63,840 bases of DNA, filler included, from an uncultured Methanosarcinales archaeon (GCA_964434475.1; 8 parts of 8 records of this genome joined end to end with filler, not necessarily neighbours in it), one strand, 5' to 3'. Shown: positions 9,147-19,355, counted from the whole stretch's first letter. Made by a program: numbers and translations. The notes: generated from the letters alone by a model not told the origin.

Positions 9147-11318
9147 CTATTGAGTCTCTGTCAATCCTTTTCTACTTCTAATCTGCGCTGTTATCTTATT
9201 CTGCATCTCCATAGGCAGTTTTTCAAACACCTGATCAACCAATGAACTTGTGCCTCTTCCGCCTGTTGCACTCCTTAACTCACTACTCCAGCCAAACATC
9301 TCGCCTACAGGCAGTTTAGCTCTAACAGTTACCATAGCACCTTCTTGTTTCATATCAAGAAGCTGTCCTCTCTTATTGCTGACCAGTTTAGATATATCTC
9401 CCATATATTCAACAGGTCCCTCTATAAGATTAACTTGTAAAGGTTCAAAAAGTACAGGAGCTGCTGTTCTCATCGCTTCTCTTATACCTTCCCTGACTGC
9501 AGGATATACCTGTGCAGGTCCTCTGTGTATAGTATCTTCATGCAATTTCATATCTTTAAGCATAATCTTTACACCAAGACATGGTTCTCTTGCTAAAGGA
9601 CCAGCTTTCATGACATCCTCAAACATATCCAAAATCATCTCAATAACTTCCTGAAGATGAACCTGACCTTTTGTCTCGTCGATAAACATATTGCCTTCAA
9701 AGATATCCTTTACTTTAGGAGCCAGTTTTGAGTTCATACCTAAAGATACTAAAGCATCTCTTAATTCTATATCTTTCTTCTTTACTCTTCCAGAAGGAAC
9801 TTTTCCTTCTTTTATGCCTTTGTAGATCTCAGGCTCTAAAGGTTCCACAACAAAATAAAACTTATTATGTTTATTAGGAGATTTACCTTCTACCTGTTGA
9901 GATAATTTAGATACAGTTTCTCTATATACGACAATAGGCGGACTTGTTTTGACATCAACACCTTTTTCTGTCTTGATCCTATTCTCTATGACTTCAAGAT
10001 GCAGTTCACCCATTCCATGAAGCAAGTGTTCTCCAGTCTCTTCATTAATCTCTATTTTAACAGTAGGATCCTCCTTAGAGACCATCCTCAAAACATCTAT
10101 CAATTTTGGCAAATCACTTGGCTTTGCTGCTTCTATTGCTTTAGTCACAACAGGATCAAATATATGTGTAATCGCTTCAAAAGGTTCAGCAAGTTCTTCT
10201 GTTATGGTTTCACCAGGGCTTGATTTGACACCTGCAACACCTATAATATTTCCACTAGGTACATTATCAACTATCTCTTTCTTAGCACCATTGTATATGA
10301 ATACCTGTTGGATCCTTGAATTAATCTTACCTCTATTCAGATAAACATCCATTCCTTTCTTCATAGTTCCTGAATAAAGCCTTCCTGCACTGATCTCACC
10401 AGCCTGGGGATCCACAACAATCTTTGTGATCACAAAATAAAGAGGTCCATTAGGATTGCATGCTGCCAAGGATTTTCCATCCTCACTTTCAGCATCTCCT
10501 CTCCAGATCTTAGGAATCCGGTATTTCTGAGATTTAACAGGGTCAGGCAAATGCCTTATAACCATGTTAAGTACAACCTGATGTATAGGTGCTTTTTTAG
10601 CCAGCTCTTTTACTTTATCTGTATCATTTGTGCTGTATGCATCTATTACATCCTTAAAAGTTAGTCCGTGCTTCTGCATAAAAGGTATGCTCAAAGCCCA
10701 ATTATGGAATGCTGAACCAAAAGCTACGCTTCCTCCCTGTACATTCGTCTGCCACTTTTCTCCGTATTCTTCTTCAGCTATCCTTTTTATCAATTTGTTT
10801 ACATTAGTTATAATCTTGATAAACCTTTCCTGCATCTGTTCAGGTGTAAGCTGCAATTCTTTTATCAGCCTGTCAACTTTATTGATAAACAATGTCGGCT
10901 TTACCCTTTCCCTTAAAGCCTGTCTTAATACTGTTTCAGTCTGAGGCATGATACCTTCAGAAGCACAACATAATACGATAGCACCATCAACAGCCCTCAT
11001 TGCTCTTGTTACATCTCCGCCAAAATCAACGTGACCCGGAGTGTCTATAAGGTTAATCAACCATTCCTCATTGTCAAAAGTATGCACCATAGAAACACTA
11101 GCAGAATCTATAGTTATACCTCTTTCCTGTTCATCTTCGTGGAAATCCATCACACATGCTTTTCCTGCAAGTTCTTCTGACATCATTCCCGCACCTGCAA
11201 GCAGATTATCTGAAAATGTTGTTTTTCCATGATCAATATGCGCACATATAGCGATATTTCTTATATTAGTAGGATTCTTCATAAGTCTTGTAACTTTATC
11301 AACCATCTTTTCTCCCAT
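9147..11318 (-). CDS. fusA: Archaeal elongation factor EF-2
   Basis: AHIDHGKTT, RGITI, DTPGHVDF, NKVD; diphthamide loop LHEDTIHRGPAQ. Confidence 0.98.
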   Translation of the reverse strand: MGEKMVDKVTRLMKNPTNIRNIAICAHIDHGKTTFSDNLLAGAGMMSEELAGKACVMDFHEDEQERGITIDSASVSMVHTFDNEEWLINLIDTPGHVDFGGDVTRAMRAVDGAIVLCCASEGIMPQTETVLRQALRERVKPTLFINKVDRLIKELQLTPEQMQERFIKIITNVNKLIKRIAEEEYGEKWQTNVQGGSVAFGSAFHNWALSIPFMQKHGLTFKDVIDAYSTNDTDKVKELAKKAPIHQVVLNMVIRHLPDPVKSQKYRIPKIWRGDAESEDGKSLAACNPNGPLYFVITKIVVDPQAGEISAGRLYSGTMKKGMDVYLNRGKINSRIQQVFIYNGAKKEIVDNVPSGNIIGVAGVKSSPGETITEELAEPFEAITHIFDPVVTKAIEAAKPSDLPKLIDVLRMVSKEDPTVKIEINEETGEHLLHGMGELHLEVIENRIKTEKGVDVKTSPPIVVYRETVSKLSQQVEGKSPNKHNKFYFVVEPLEPEIYKGIKEGKVPSGRVKKKDIELRDALVSLGMNSKLAPKVKDIFEGNMFIDETKGQVHLQEVIEMILDMFEDVMKAGPLAREPCLGVKIMLKDMKLHEDTIHRGPAQVYPAVREGIREAMRTAAPVLFEPLQVNLIEGPVEYMGDISKLVSNKRGQLLDMKQEGAMVTVRAKLPVGEMFGWSSELRSATGGRGTSSLVDQVFEKLPMEMQNKITAQIRSRKGLTETQ

Positions 11319-11331
11319 TTTGTAACCTCCG

Positions 11332-11823
11332 TCAATTTAATATATGTAAATCATGCACTGTTGTATAGCTGTGAAGTTCTTCTTTCTCAAACCACAAGGA
11401 TATCTCTTTTTCAGCCTCTTCAGGCTTTCCTGATGCGTGTATCAGGTTCTTTACAGGAAGCTCTTTTTTATCTGCATATGAAAAGCTGACATGAGCAAAG
11501 TCTCCCCTTATAGTTCCAGGCGGTGCTGTCTTCGGCTCTGTTCCACCAACGATTTTCCTTACATTCTCTACTGCATTTACGCCTTCAATACATAAAGCCA
11601 CAACAGGCCCTAAAGTCATATATCCCAGCAATGATTTCAATACTTTTTCTCCTCTTCTTTCAGCAACATCAAAATAATGTCTCTTTCCAAACTCTTCATC
11701 AATCCAGACCATCTTAGCTCCAACTACCTTAAAACCAGCATCTTCAAACCTTTGGATAATCCTTCCCATAATTCCTCTTTGTACACCATCCGGTTTAATC
11801 AATACAAGTGTTCTTTCTATCAT
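11332..11823 (-). CDS. ndk: Nucleoside diphosphate kinase
   Basis: ERTLVLIKPDGVQRG, PGTIRGDF, NLIHAS. Confidence 0.97.
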   Translation of the reverse strand: MIERTLVLIKPDGVQRGIMGRIIQRFEDAGFKVVGAKMVWIDEEFGKRHYFDVAERRGEKVLKSLLGYMTLGPVVALCIEGVNAVENVRKIVGGTEPKTAPPGTIRGDFAHVSFSYADKKELPVKNLIHASGKPEEAEKEISLWFEKEELHSYTTVHDLHILN

Positions 11824-11835
11824 GTTCCATCCACC

Positions 11836-12009
11836 TTATTTTTTCTGTCTGCGTAAACTCCATCTTGTCTCAATAGGTTTTCGCTTAAGCTTAAACATAT
11901 TTTTTTCGCATTTCATTGAACACATGTTCACTTGTTTGCCATCGTTCATGACAATTATCTTGCCTGTTCCTTTAGGAATCTGTTCACCGCAAAAAGCACA
12001 TTTAACCAT
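11836..12009 (-). CDS. rpl24e: 50S ribosomal protein L24e (57 aa)
   Basis: Hand-translated MVKCAFCGEQIPKGTGKIIVMNDGKQVNMCSMKCEKN...W; canonical position between S28e and ndk. Confidence 0.95.
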   Translation of the reverse strand: MVKCAFCGEQIPKGTGKIIVMNDGKQVNMCSMKCEKNMFKLKRKPIETRWSLRRQKK

Positions 12010-12019
12010 TTTTATTCAC

Positions 12020-12307
12020 CTATTTGCCTCTGCCTTTTCTTGTCAAAGGCTTAGCTTCAATCTCAGTCTCCCTTAACATAAGTATGTCTCCTTTCCTTAC
12101 CGGACCTTTAACATTTCGTCTTAATATCTTGTCCTGATCCCTGCCTGCAAGAACCTTGCATCTTACCTGGACAGCTTCTCCTCTTGTTCCAGTTCTGCCG
12201 ATAACCTCTTCAACATTTGCAGGAACAGCAAAACTGAAATATGCTCCTTTTCCCTTATCTTCCTGTTTACCTTTCTTTTTATCCTTGCCAAGTTTTTTAA
12301 CTGCCAT
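12020..12307 (-). CDS. rps28e: 30S ribosomal protein S28e with basic N-terminal extension
   Basis: [19 protein letters not shown]...[15 protein letters not shown]. Confidence 0.95.
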   Translation of the reverse strand: MAVKKLGKDKKKGKQEDKGKGAYFSFAVPANVEEVIGRTGTRGEAVQVRCKVLAGRDQDKILRRNVKGPVRKGDILMLRETEIEAKPLTRKGRGK

Positions 12308-12309
12308 TT

Positions 12310-12991
12310 TTATTCACTCTTTTTTTCTGATTCTTCTTTAGATTCCTCTTTAGGTTCTTCTTNNNNNNNNNNNNNNNNNNNNNNNNNNNNNNNNNNNNNN
12401 NNNNNNNNNNNNNNNNNNNNNNNNNNNNNNNNNNNNNNNNNNNNNNNNNNNNNNNNNNNNNNTAGATTCTTCTTTAGATTCTTCTTTAGATTCTTCTTTA
12501 GATTCTTCTTTAGATTCTTCTTTAGATTCCTCTTTAGGTTCTTCTTTAGAGTCCTCTTTAGGTTCTTCTTTAGATTCCTCTTTAGATTCTTCTTTAGATT
12601 CTTCTTTAGATTCTTCTTTAGACTCAGACTTTTCTGGTTTTGGTTCAGGCTGAACTTCAGCATATATCTCTTTAAGAACTTTTTTAGAATCTCCCTCTTC
12701 TGTTATAGCAACAGCCACTGTCGGAACATCTATACCTGCAGCAGCTCCTAACTCGTCTCTTGTCGAAACTTCAACAACAGGGATGCCTTTATCTTCGCCA
12801 AGTAAAGGAAGATGCATAACAATTTCAGGAGGATTTACATCTTTTGCAACAGCAACCAGTTTAGCTGTACCTCTCTCAATTGTCTTTGTTACTTCATTTG
12901 TACCTTTCTTTATCTTTCCAGTCGCTTTAGCTATCTCGACTGCTTCATATACTTTATCAATCATTTCTTTTGAAACTTGCGTACCTACCAT
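12310..12991 (-). CDS. rpl7ae: 50S ribosomal protein L7Ae with long acidic repeat tail spanning the N gap
   Basis: [30 protein letters not shown]; the (EESK)n tail resumes after the gap and ends EESEKKSE* at 12310. Confidence 0.93.
12331..12630. repeat. 12-bp tandem repeat (TTCTTCTTTAGA-like) encoding EESK/EEPK
   Basis: Visible directly; interrupted by assembly gap 12363-12462. Confidence 0.95.
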
Positions 12992-13000
12992 TTTTACATA

Positions 13001-13085
13001 CCTCCAAGGTTTTTGTGCTAGGTAAAAAAAGAATTATTTTACCTCGCTCAGGCTTGTTAAGCCTTCATTGTTTCATTGGTTTAAC
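13001..13085 (-). promoter_or_regulatory. L7Ae mRNA leader with two tandem kink-turns
   Basis: RNA reads ACC-AAU-GA-AAC-AAU-GA-AGGCUU-AAC-AAGCCU-GA-GC-GA-GGU; TATA at about 13104-13111. Confidence 0.7.
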
Positions 13086-13425
13086 AGCAGGAAAAGTAAT
13101 TTATTTATAAATGTTTCCTTTGAAAAATACTGTCCAGAAAGTATTAAATATGTATGCTGGCAGAAATATCGTATATCAAAAAACAATAAATCTAGAATCC
13201 AGCATAGTTTGATGAATTAAAGAAATTAATTAAATAAGTTTGCTATCTTCAGCATATTAATTTGTACTATCATCATTTAGTGTTAAATACTTATACGCAA
13301 CATCAATATGTTTCGTTGCTGATTTTATATGCAAAATAAGTGAAGTCTTTACAACAATTTATTTCTTGATAATATGAATCGAAATGACCTGAATGGCTTA
13401 AATCAATAAAAATTCCTAAAATCTA

Positions 13426-13492
13426 ACTACCCTTCGTAGCAAACTACAGGATATACGCTAGATTTTTTGCTACGCAATCGGAATTTTTAAGA
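13426..13492 (+). repeat. REP-like dispersed repeat, second copy
   Basis: Similar to 84-151. Confidence 0.5.
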
Positions 13493-13816
13493 TTACAAAC
13501 TGAAAATTGTTGCAAAGCAACTGGTTATAAAACCCAGTTTGTAATTAAAAAAATACCCTCAAAGAATTCAATTCACAACCCAGTTCAAAGAATAGACTTA
13601 GAAGATGCCTAAATATAATATCGAAAGAGTGGCAAAGTCTTTGAAATTGCGGAGTTATCAAATCTATATGAACTGCATCCTTTGAAAAGACCCATAGAAA
13701 AAGTCTCGCTCACTGTAACTCACCCATAATCTTTGCTGCTGAAATTCACTATTATTTATACAAAACACTTTGAGACATAAGAACTTATTTAAATATAAAC
13801 AAATAACAATACAACA

Positions 13817-14017
13817 ATGAAAAGATTTATCGCATTGATTATTATCCTTATGCTATGCGGATGTATGAGTCAAACAGAAACAGATAAAGACAATAAAGAT
13901 AAGGGAAAGCAGAAAGAGTATACTGAAGACACCCACATAGATAATATAATAAAGGAAGATATGAATTGTACAGATATAGACCAAATAACATCAGATCTAG
14001 AAGAGCTGGAGTGGTAG
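13817..14017 (+). CDS. Small putative lipoprotein
   Basis: Signal peptide ending LCGC; acidic tail. Confidence 0.65.
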   Translation: MKRFIALIIILMLCGCMSQTETDKDNKDKGKQKEYTEDTHIDNIIKEDMNCTDIDQITSDLEELEW

Positions 14018-14039
14018 GTATTTTTCTTATTTCTTATAT

Positions 14040-15596
14040 TTAACTTATCTTTTCTCCAATAATACTTCTTAACATATGTCCGGTGACTTTTACGTCGATA
14101 AACTTATCTAGCTCTAATCTACCAGATATTCCAACGACAAGAGGATAAGTACCAACTTGTCTTGCAAATGTTGTTTTTCCGTCATATATCTCTGTTCTTA
14201 GATTTCTTAATATTGTTCCTTCTGGCACCAATTTCTTTAGCATAGGCCAATCAATCTCTTGCCTTATCTCATTTCTCCATTTCCAATAGTATTTCTTGTT
14301 CTTCTTGATATACTTGTTCTTAACGCTATTGAACAAAGGCGTGCCAGGAAAAACAACAACCTGTCTTATGTTTATCCTTCTGATCAACAGATTTTCATCA
14401 AGCATTTTCTTAAGCCAACACATATTTTTTTCGTGTGTTGCTTTGCTTTCTCTTTCCAATCCAAACAAGATGTTAATCCCAGGAAGGAATTTAGGCATCC
14501 CATTTTTCCCTCTTTCTGCACCATATTTGTTCATGATCTTCACTGCACAGCAGGTAGTTTCAGGATCTGAATTCAGATTGTTAGCCTTGATAACCACAGA
14601 ATCAAACGACTCTTGACCCATTGCAGCTATGTTGCCTTCTGTACAATATCTTGTTACAAGCTTTACTTTATCTTCTGTAACATTTGCAGGATTTATGTTA
14701 TCTATATGCAATATTTCTGAATATTTGCTTGCGTTCTTCAATAGTTTATCTAGTTGAGGATATGAGAACAAGTCAGATTGCTTTCCTATCCTGAAATTAT
14801 TTATGCCTTGTCTGCTCAATGCTTTAATCTCTTCTATTATGTCGTCAACATCTCTGTTCTCTATCTTTTGCTTTAAAGGTTCTGTGCAGAAGCTGCACCC
14901 TGTTTTTCTTGAGCAGCCTTTTGCAGTCTCTATCTCTGCTATCAGAAATCCTTTAGAATTTGCACAAGGATATTGATTGACAATATCAGCACCCAACACA
15001 CTTATCTTTTTTATCTTATCGTATGTATAGCTTATTTCTTGAATTTCAGAGAAATTAGTTTTTAACAATTCTTTCAACTTTATCTCAATATCTGGCACAA
15101 TAAAATTAAATACCCCTTTTTTAATCTCAGTAGCCATCTTTCCTCCAAACAACCCTGTTCCTGATTTTGATGCTGGACCAGCAAGTATTTTTGGGTTTAG
15201 ATTGATGTTTGATATCTTCTTGACAATATCACCTGCTTCTTTCAATGTGCCTGGCAAAGCCGACAAATATTTTCCAGGAGTATGAACTCCGCATACGATT
15301 ATGAACAAGTCTGAACTTTTAAGTATATTCTCTATGTTATCATAATTCTTAGATAAGTTTCTTACCTTGATATCTGTTTTCATAAAGGAAAAGTTTTTTT
15401 TGTTTATATCAACTTTGCTCATCCCTTTATATTTTTCTGAAAAGAATGCCCTTAGGTCATCTATCGTCAAATATACTGCTTTGTTTCCTGATTCAATTAT
15501 GCTTCCAGCTATGTATCTAGGATAAGTACCAATGTATGGAATTACTCCTAATCCTGCAGGCTCGTCTGTGTAGCAGTCTATGATTGTAATTTTCAT
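14040..15596 (-). CDS. COG1031-type radical SAM protein with C-terminal TRAM-like domain
   Basis: IIDCYTDEPAGLGVIPYIGTYPRY; ETAKGCSRKTGCSFCTEP; IRRINIRQV; ARQVGTYPLVVG. Confidence 0.88.
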   Translation of the reverse strand: MKITIIDCYTDEPAGLGVIPYIGTYPRYIAGSIIESGNKAVYLTIDDLRAFFSEKYKGMSKVDINKKNFSFMKTDIKVRNLSKNYDNIENILKSSDLFIIVCGVHTPGKYLSALPGTLKEAGDIVKKISNINLNPKILAGPASKSGTGLFGGKMATEIKKGVFNFIVPDIEIKLKELLKTNFSEIQEISYTYDKIKKISVLGADIVNQYPCANSKGFLIAEIETAKGCSRKTGCSFCTEPLKQKIENRDVDDIIEEIKALSRQGINNFRIGKQSDLFSYPQLDKLLKNASKYSEILHIDNINPANVTEDKVKLVTRYCTEGNIAAMGQESFDSVVIKANNLNSDPETTCCAVKIMNKYGAERGKNGMPKFLPGINILFGLERESKATHEKNMCWLKKMLDENLLIRRINIRQVVVFPGTPLFNSVKNKYIKKNKKYYWKWRNEIRQEIDWPMLKKLVPEGTILRNLRTEIYDGKTTFARQVGTYPLVVGISGRLELDKFIDVKVTGHMLRSIIGEKIS

Positions 15597-15620
15597 CTTA
15601 TACCTTATTTTAAATTTTTT

Positions 15621-16463
15621 TCAAATGCTTTGGATAAAATCACAAATTACTTTGAAACTTCTCTCTCTATCGTGATCTATGATAAATACATGATACGCAT
15701 CTTTTACCCAATATATTTTCCTTTTTTTTGAATTAACATTCCTAAATATATACCCAACACTCTTTTCATCGACACCAAAGTCTGCAGTAGATTGCATTAT
15801 CAATACTGGTGCAACAACTTTTGGAAGCAATCTTTTACATAATTTTATGCCTTTTACCAAATCAAGCAATTTGCTTAGAGGAACAACAGGATAGGTTATC
15901 CTATGTTTTATTATTTCTCTATCCAGTTCCTTATGATACCATTTTTTTTTGTAGTTAAAGATAAAATAATTAACTATAAAATATATCTTTGCAATAATCT
16001 TTTTTTTATTATATATCGGTGTACCCATAGAAATAACCCCGTCAACATCATGCTTTGCCGCCAACATTAATGCAAGGTTTCCTCCGAAACTGTCTCCTCC
16101 GACTATAACTTTAGTGCAATGTTTTTTTAACTCCTTAAGTCCGTTCTCTGCACTTTTTATCCAATCTTTTAAATTAGTGGCGGTCATATTTTCAGGACAT
16201 GTTCCATGACCTTTGAGCAAAATTGCATTGACAGATATATTTCTGTCCGCTAAATATTGACCTAAATATTTACCATCATACGCAGAGGAAGTAAATCCAT
16301 GTATGAGCAATATTCCTGTCTTTCCGCGCTTATAGAAAAAAGGTTCTGCTCCAGGAATGATCTGGGTCATCTTTTTGTATCTAGGTTTTCTTATTATTAT
16401 CCTTAACTTGTTCAATATAGAATACACAAATAACATCCAGAGTACTTCCACAATCATTTTCAA
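15621..16463 (-). CDS. Carboxylesterase, alpha/beta hydrolase (YvaK/Est30-like); start probably at MTQII (16370)
   Basis: LLIHGFTSS, LKGHGT, GDSFGG nucleophile elbow, Asp and His of the triad. Confidence 0.88.
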   Translation of the reverse strand: MKMIVEVLWMLFVYSILNKLRIIIRKPRYKKMTQIIPGAEPFFYKRGKTGILLIHGFTSSAYDGKYLGQYLADRNISVNAILLKGHGTCPENMTATNLKDWIKSAENGLKELKKHCTKVIVGGDSFGGNLALMLAAKHDVDGVISMGTPIYNKKKIIAKIYFIVNYFIFNYKKKWYHKELDREIIKHRITYPVVPLSKLLDLVKGIKLCKRLLPKVVAPVLIMQSTADFGVDEKSVGYIFRNVNSKKRKIYWVKDAYHVFIIDHDRERSFKVICDFIQSI

Positions 16464-16539
16464 GCACGAAAAGAAAGTTATTATATAAATGTATTCGAAA
16501 AAAGTTTATCCTGGAACTCAATCTTTCTCGATAACTTAA

Positions 16540-17025
16540 CTAAAAGACAAAAGGCAAAAACAATCCAATAAGTATATAAAATCCATATTTTTTTATTATC
16601 TTAAGATAGACGTACTTCCATTGCTTCTTTATCATGCTATATCTTGTCAAAGTACCTACAGGAAATCCCAACAACAATATAAGAGATGTCTGGATCAATG
16701 CCATGTTCCTATTTAAAGAACTGAAGTAGAATACGAAACCAAGAAGAAAATAAGCAAGAGTATTTTTACGCAAAGTCTGGTTTGTATCTAGGACATAATA
16801 TATCAGAAACAATAAAGCAAATATAGATAACAATGCATAGTACTTATTCAACATATAAAAACTGAATATAAAAAATATCAAACCGACAATGATATATTTG
16901 AAGATTAAAAGATATCTTTTCATATCCTCTGTTAATTCTTCAGGAGCTATCTGTGCTAGAGCTACTCCGAAGAACAATCCTAAAAAAGATAATAACAAAG
17001 ATAATGAATACTGCAGATAAACCAT
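16540..17025 (-). CDS. Hypothetical multi-pass membrane protein
   Basis: Several hydrophobic segments; LAQIAPEEL motif. Confidence 0.75.
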   Translation of the reverse strand: MVYLQYSLSLLLSFLGLFFGVALAQIAPEELTEDMKRYLLIFKYIIVGLIFFIFSFYMLNKYYALLSIFALLFLIYYVLDTNQTLRKNTLAYFLLGFVFYFSSLNRNMALIQTSLILLLGFPVGTLTRYSMIKKQWKYVYLKIIKKYGFYILIGLFLPFVF

Positions 17026-17207
17026 AAAAAAAAGGATTGGTTAATCATTATTTAAAATTTGCGTTTGATATCAATGCAGAAAAGTCATGATTTCATAAGC
17101 CAAAGTATTTTCGATTGTAAAACAATACTTATCAGCCTATGATGTCAACTAAGCTTATGCGTATGGGCTGCAATGAGCGAGACTTGTTCTACAGAAGCTA
17201 TTTGATA

Positions 17208-17717
17208 TCAAAAAATATGAGGGCATTCTTTCTTTAGTGCTCTAAGGTATTCAAAAACAACATTTTTGTCCTTGGTTACCTCCTGCAATGCCTGAGTTAT
17301 ATCATACAATAACCGTTCGCGGGATGTGTAGCTCCTTTTCCTTAATCTTTCAAGGCTTTCCACACAAGACAACAAATTATCAGGTATTTTTCGGATATAT
17401 ATCTTATGATGCTTTAATGCTTTCTTATCGCTGCTCTCCTTCTTAAGCATCTTTTCTTCCTTTTTAAGATTTGCAAGAATATCACGAAGTTCCTTTATTC
17501 TATCTCTCCATATATCTTCAACGTCCATAACCTTTAACTCAAACTCTTTTCTTTTACCTGTATCTGAAATAGAATCTGCAAACTGCAACTCTTTTTCTTC
17601 TGCATAGTTATTGAAGAGCATCTCTTCTGTAGAGAAAGAACCTCCTATTATGTTTCCTCTGCTAAGCACAGGACCTTGGATACTCTTACGTACTTCTCTT
17701 CTTAATCTTTTTCTCAT
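17208..17717 (-). CDS. Hypothetical protein
   Basis: 169-aa ORF with upstream TATA box. Confidence 0.7.
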   Translation of the reverse strand: MRKRLRREVRKSIQGPVLSRGNIIGGSFSTEEMLFNNYAEEKELQFADSISDTGKRKEFELKVMDVEDIWRDRIKELRDILANLKKEEKMLKKESSDKKALKHHKIYIRKIPDNLLSCVESLERLRKRSYTSRERLLYDITQALQEVTKDKNVVFEYLRALKKECPHIF

Positions 17718-17772
17718 AAAGAATTATCTAAAATATCAAAGATATAAATATATTTCTATTATTTGACAAAAC

Positions 17773-17822
17773 TGTACGATTTGAAAATTCTTGCAATTTC
17801 TATATTTATTAATTTTGCAATA
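17773..17822 (+). mobile_element. Terminus of multicopy IS-like element C (begins TGTACGATTTG; a TGT end suggests IS481-like)
   Basis: Identical to 59006-59055; both at contig ends. Confidence 0.6.
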
Positions 17823-18000
17823 NNNNNNNNNNNNNNNNNNNNNNNNNNNNNNNNNNNNNNNNNNNNTTAATTAATTAANNNNNNNNNNNNNNNNNNNNNN
17901 NNNNNNNNNNNNNNNNNNNNNNTTATTTAACTATTAATTAAAAGTGATAGGAAATCTTTGCAAATTCACACAGATAACAAATCTATGCGACGCGAAAATA

Positions 18001-18105
18001 AATTGAAACAAACATCTCAAATCGCTGTTATACACCCCAAGCGAAGCGAGAGTGCAGCATTTCCGACTGACTGAAAGGAAGGAGAGTAATTTTTAGTGGC
18101 GTTCC
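18001..18105 (-). repeat. attC-like repeat family member
   Basis: Shares GAACGCC.CTAAAA.TTACTCT and TATAACAG...ATGTT modules with 43612-43710, 49236-49338 and 50766-50846. Confidence 0.5.
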
Positions 18106-18191
18106 TTTAAACTTGTAAGAGCCTTAGAGAACATACTTATGGGAGTTCCGTTCAATCAATGCGAACAAAGTGATTCTTTAAGAACAAATAT

Positions 18192-19307
18192 TTAGGAGCG
18201 AGAAAACATGTATTTATCTTCACAACAACTATTCATATATTTATCACAACTAACTGCTCTCATATTGCTCAAATCATTCCATAAATTGGGAAGTGTTATT
18301 TCAAGAACATTTCCTATGGGTTTAGCAGTGAAATCGCAAGGATGCATCTCTCCATATGGGCTTATATAAAAATAATTTCTACCTGCTGAACATCCAAATG
18401 TTGATTGGTCTCTAAACCTAGCATAGCAAAAAATTCCAGGAAAATCTTTTTTTGCATTATATTTATCTACTATTGCAAATAATCTCTTTTTATCTATCTT
18501 TTTGTTGTTGATATCTTTTTTGTGGGAATACATACCAACAGGTAATGTATCAAAAAGGATTAATTCATTTACTTTAAGTCTTTTAGCTAAATGAATCATT
18601 TTTTCAAAACTTCCATCTTCTATATCATCCTGAATAACAGTTGTTGATATTGCTGTAAGCAAACCAATTCTTTGGGCCTTTTTTATTCCTTTAATTGCTT
18701 TTTCAAAAAGTCCTGGAAGATGTCTATATCTGTCATGTTTTTCAGCTGTTGTTCCATCTAAACTTACAATTATCATCATCAAGCCAGATTTTTTTAATTT
18801 ATCACATTTTTCTTCTAGAAACCATCCGTTTGTAAAAATACTCGAAGATGATTTATCTTTATCAATTGAGGATATAATTTCAGAAAGCTCATCTCTTAAA
18901 AGAGGTTCGCCTCCAACAAAATTTATTACAGAACAACCAAAATCTTGGCAAGATTTAATTATCTCTTTTACTTGATTAATGCCCAATACTTTTTGTTTTT
19001 TCTTGTCCATAGCAGTATAGAAACTGCAATGTTCACATTTAGCATTACATTTATCTGTCACTGCTATATTAGCCATACCAGGTAAAGGTTTTTGCATCAA
19101 ATTACTCATAAGCCTTCTTGCAAGAGTATTTCCTAAAGCTTTACTAAGACCCGGAGTCAGAAAAGCCGAATAGACAGGATGCCCTTTAAACCATCCAATT
19201 ATTTTGTGATGTCCTAAATAATAATCAAGGAAGTAATCATTAAATGAATTAAGATAACTGCCTGTATTTTTTAATGTTGATAATATATATCTAATTTTAT
19301 TCAGCAT
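18192..19307 (-). CDS. Radical SAM protein with SPASM/Twitch-like C-terminus
   Basis: CNAKCEHC, GGEPLL, FTNG, VSLDG, GCSAGR...PC. Confidence 0.92.
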   Translation of the reverse strand: MLNKIRYILSTLKNTGSYLNSFNDYFLDYYLGHHKIIGWFKGHPVYSAFLTPGLSKALGNTLARRLMSNLMQKPLPGMANIAVTDKCNAKCEHCSFYTAMDKKKQKVLGINQVKEIIKSCQDFGCSVINFVGGEPLLRDELSEIISSIDKDKSSSSIFTNGWFLEEKCDKLKKSGLMMIIVSLDGTTAEKHDRYRHLPGLFEKAIKGIKKAQRIGLLTAISTTVIQDDIEDGSFEKMIHLAKRLKVNELILFDTLPVGMYSHKKDINNKKIDKKRLFAIVDKYNAKKDFPGIFCYARFRDQSTFGCSAGRNYFYISPYGEMHPCDFTAKPIGNVLEITLPNLWNDLSNMRAVSCDKYMNSCCEDKYMFSRS

Positions 19308-19355
19308 AATAACCTATTTAAAGACATAGATTATAAATCTTTTGTTGGGCATCGA

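Noticed and set aside
9250..11232. Plus-strand ORFs inside EF-2 (and similar shadow ORFs throughout the window)
   Set aside because: Antisense to well-supported genes
12310..12663. ORF with (KKNL)n repeats
   Set aside because: Alternative frame of the L7Ae tail repeat, created by the N gap
13115..13800. Long intergenic region as an RNA gene
   Set aside because: AT-rich with no tRNA, rRNA, SRP or RNase P features; only REP-like remnants
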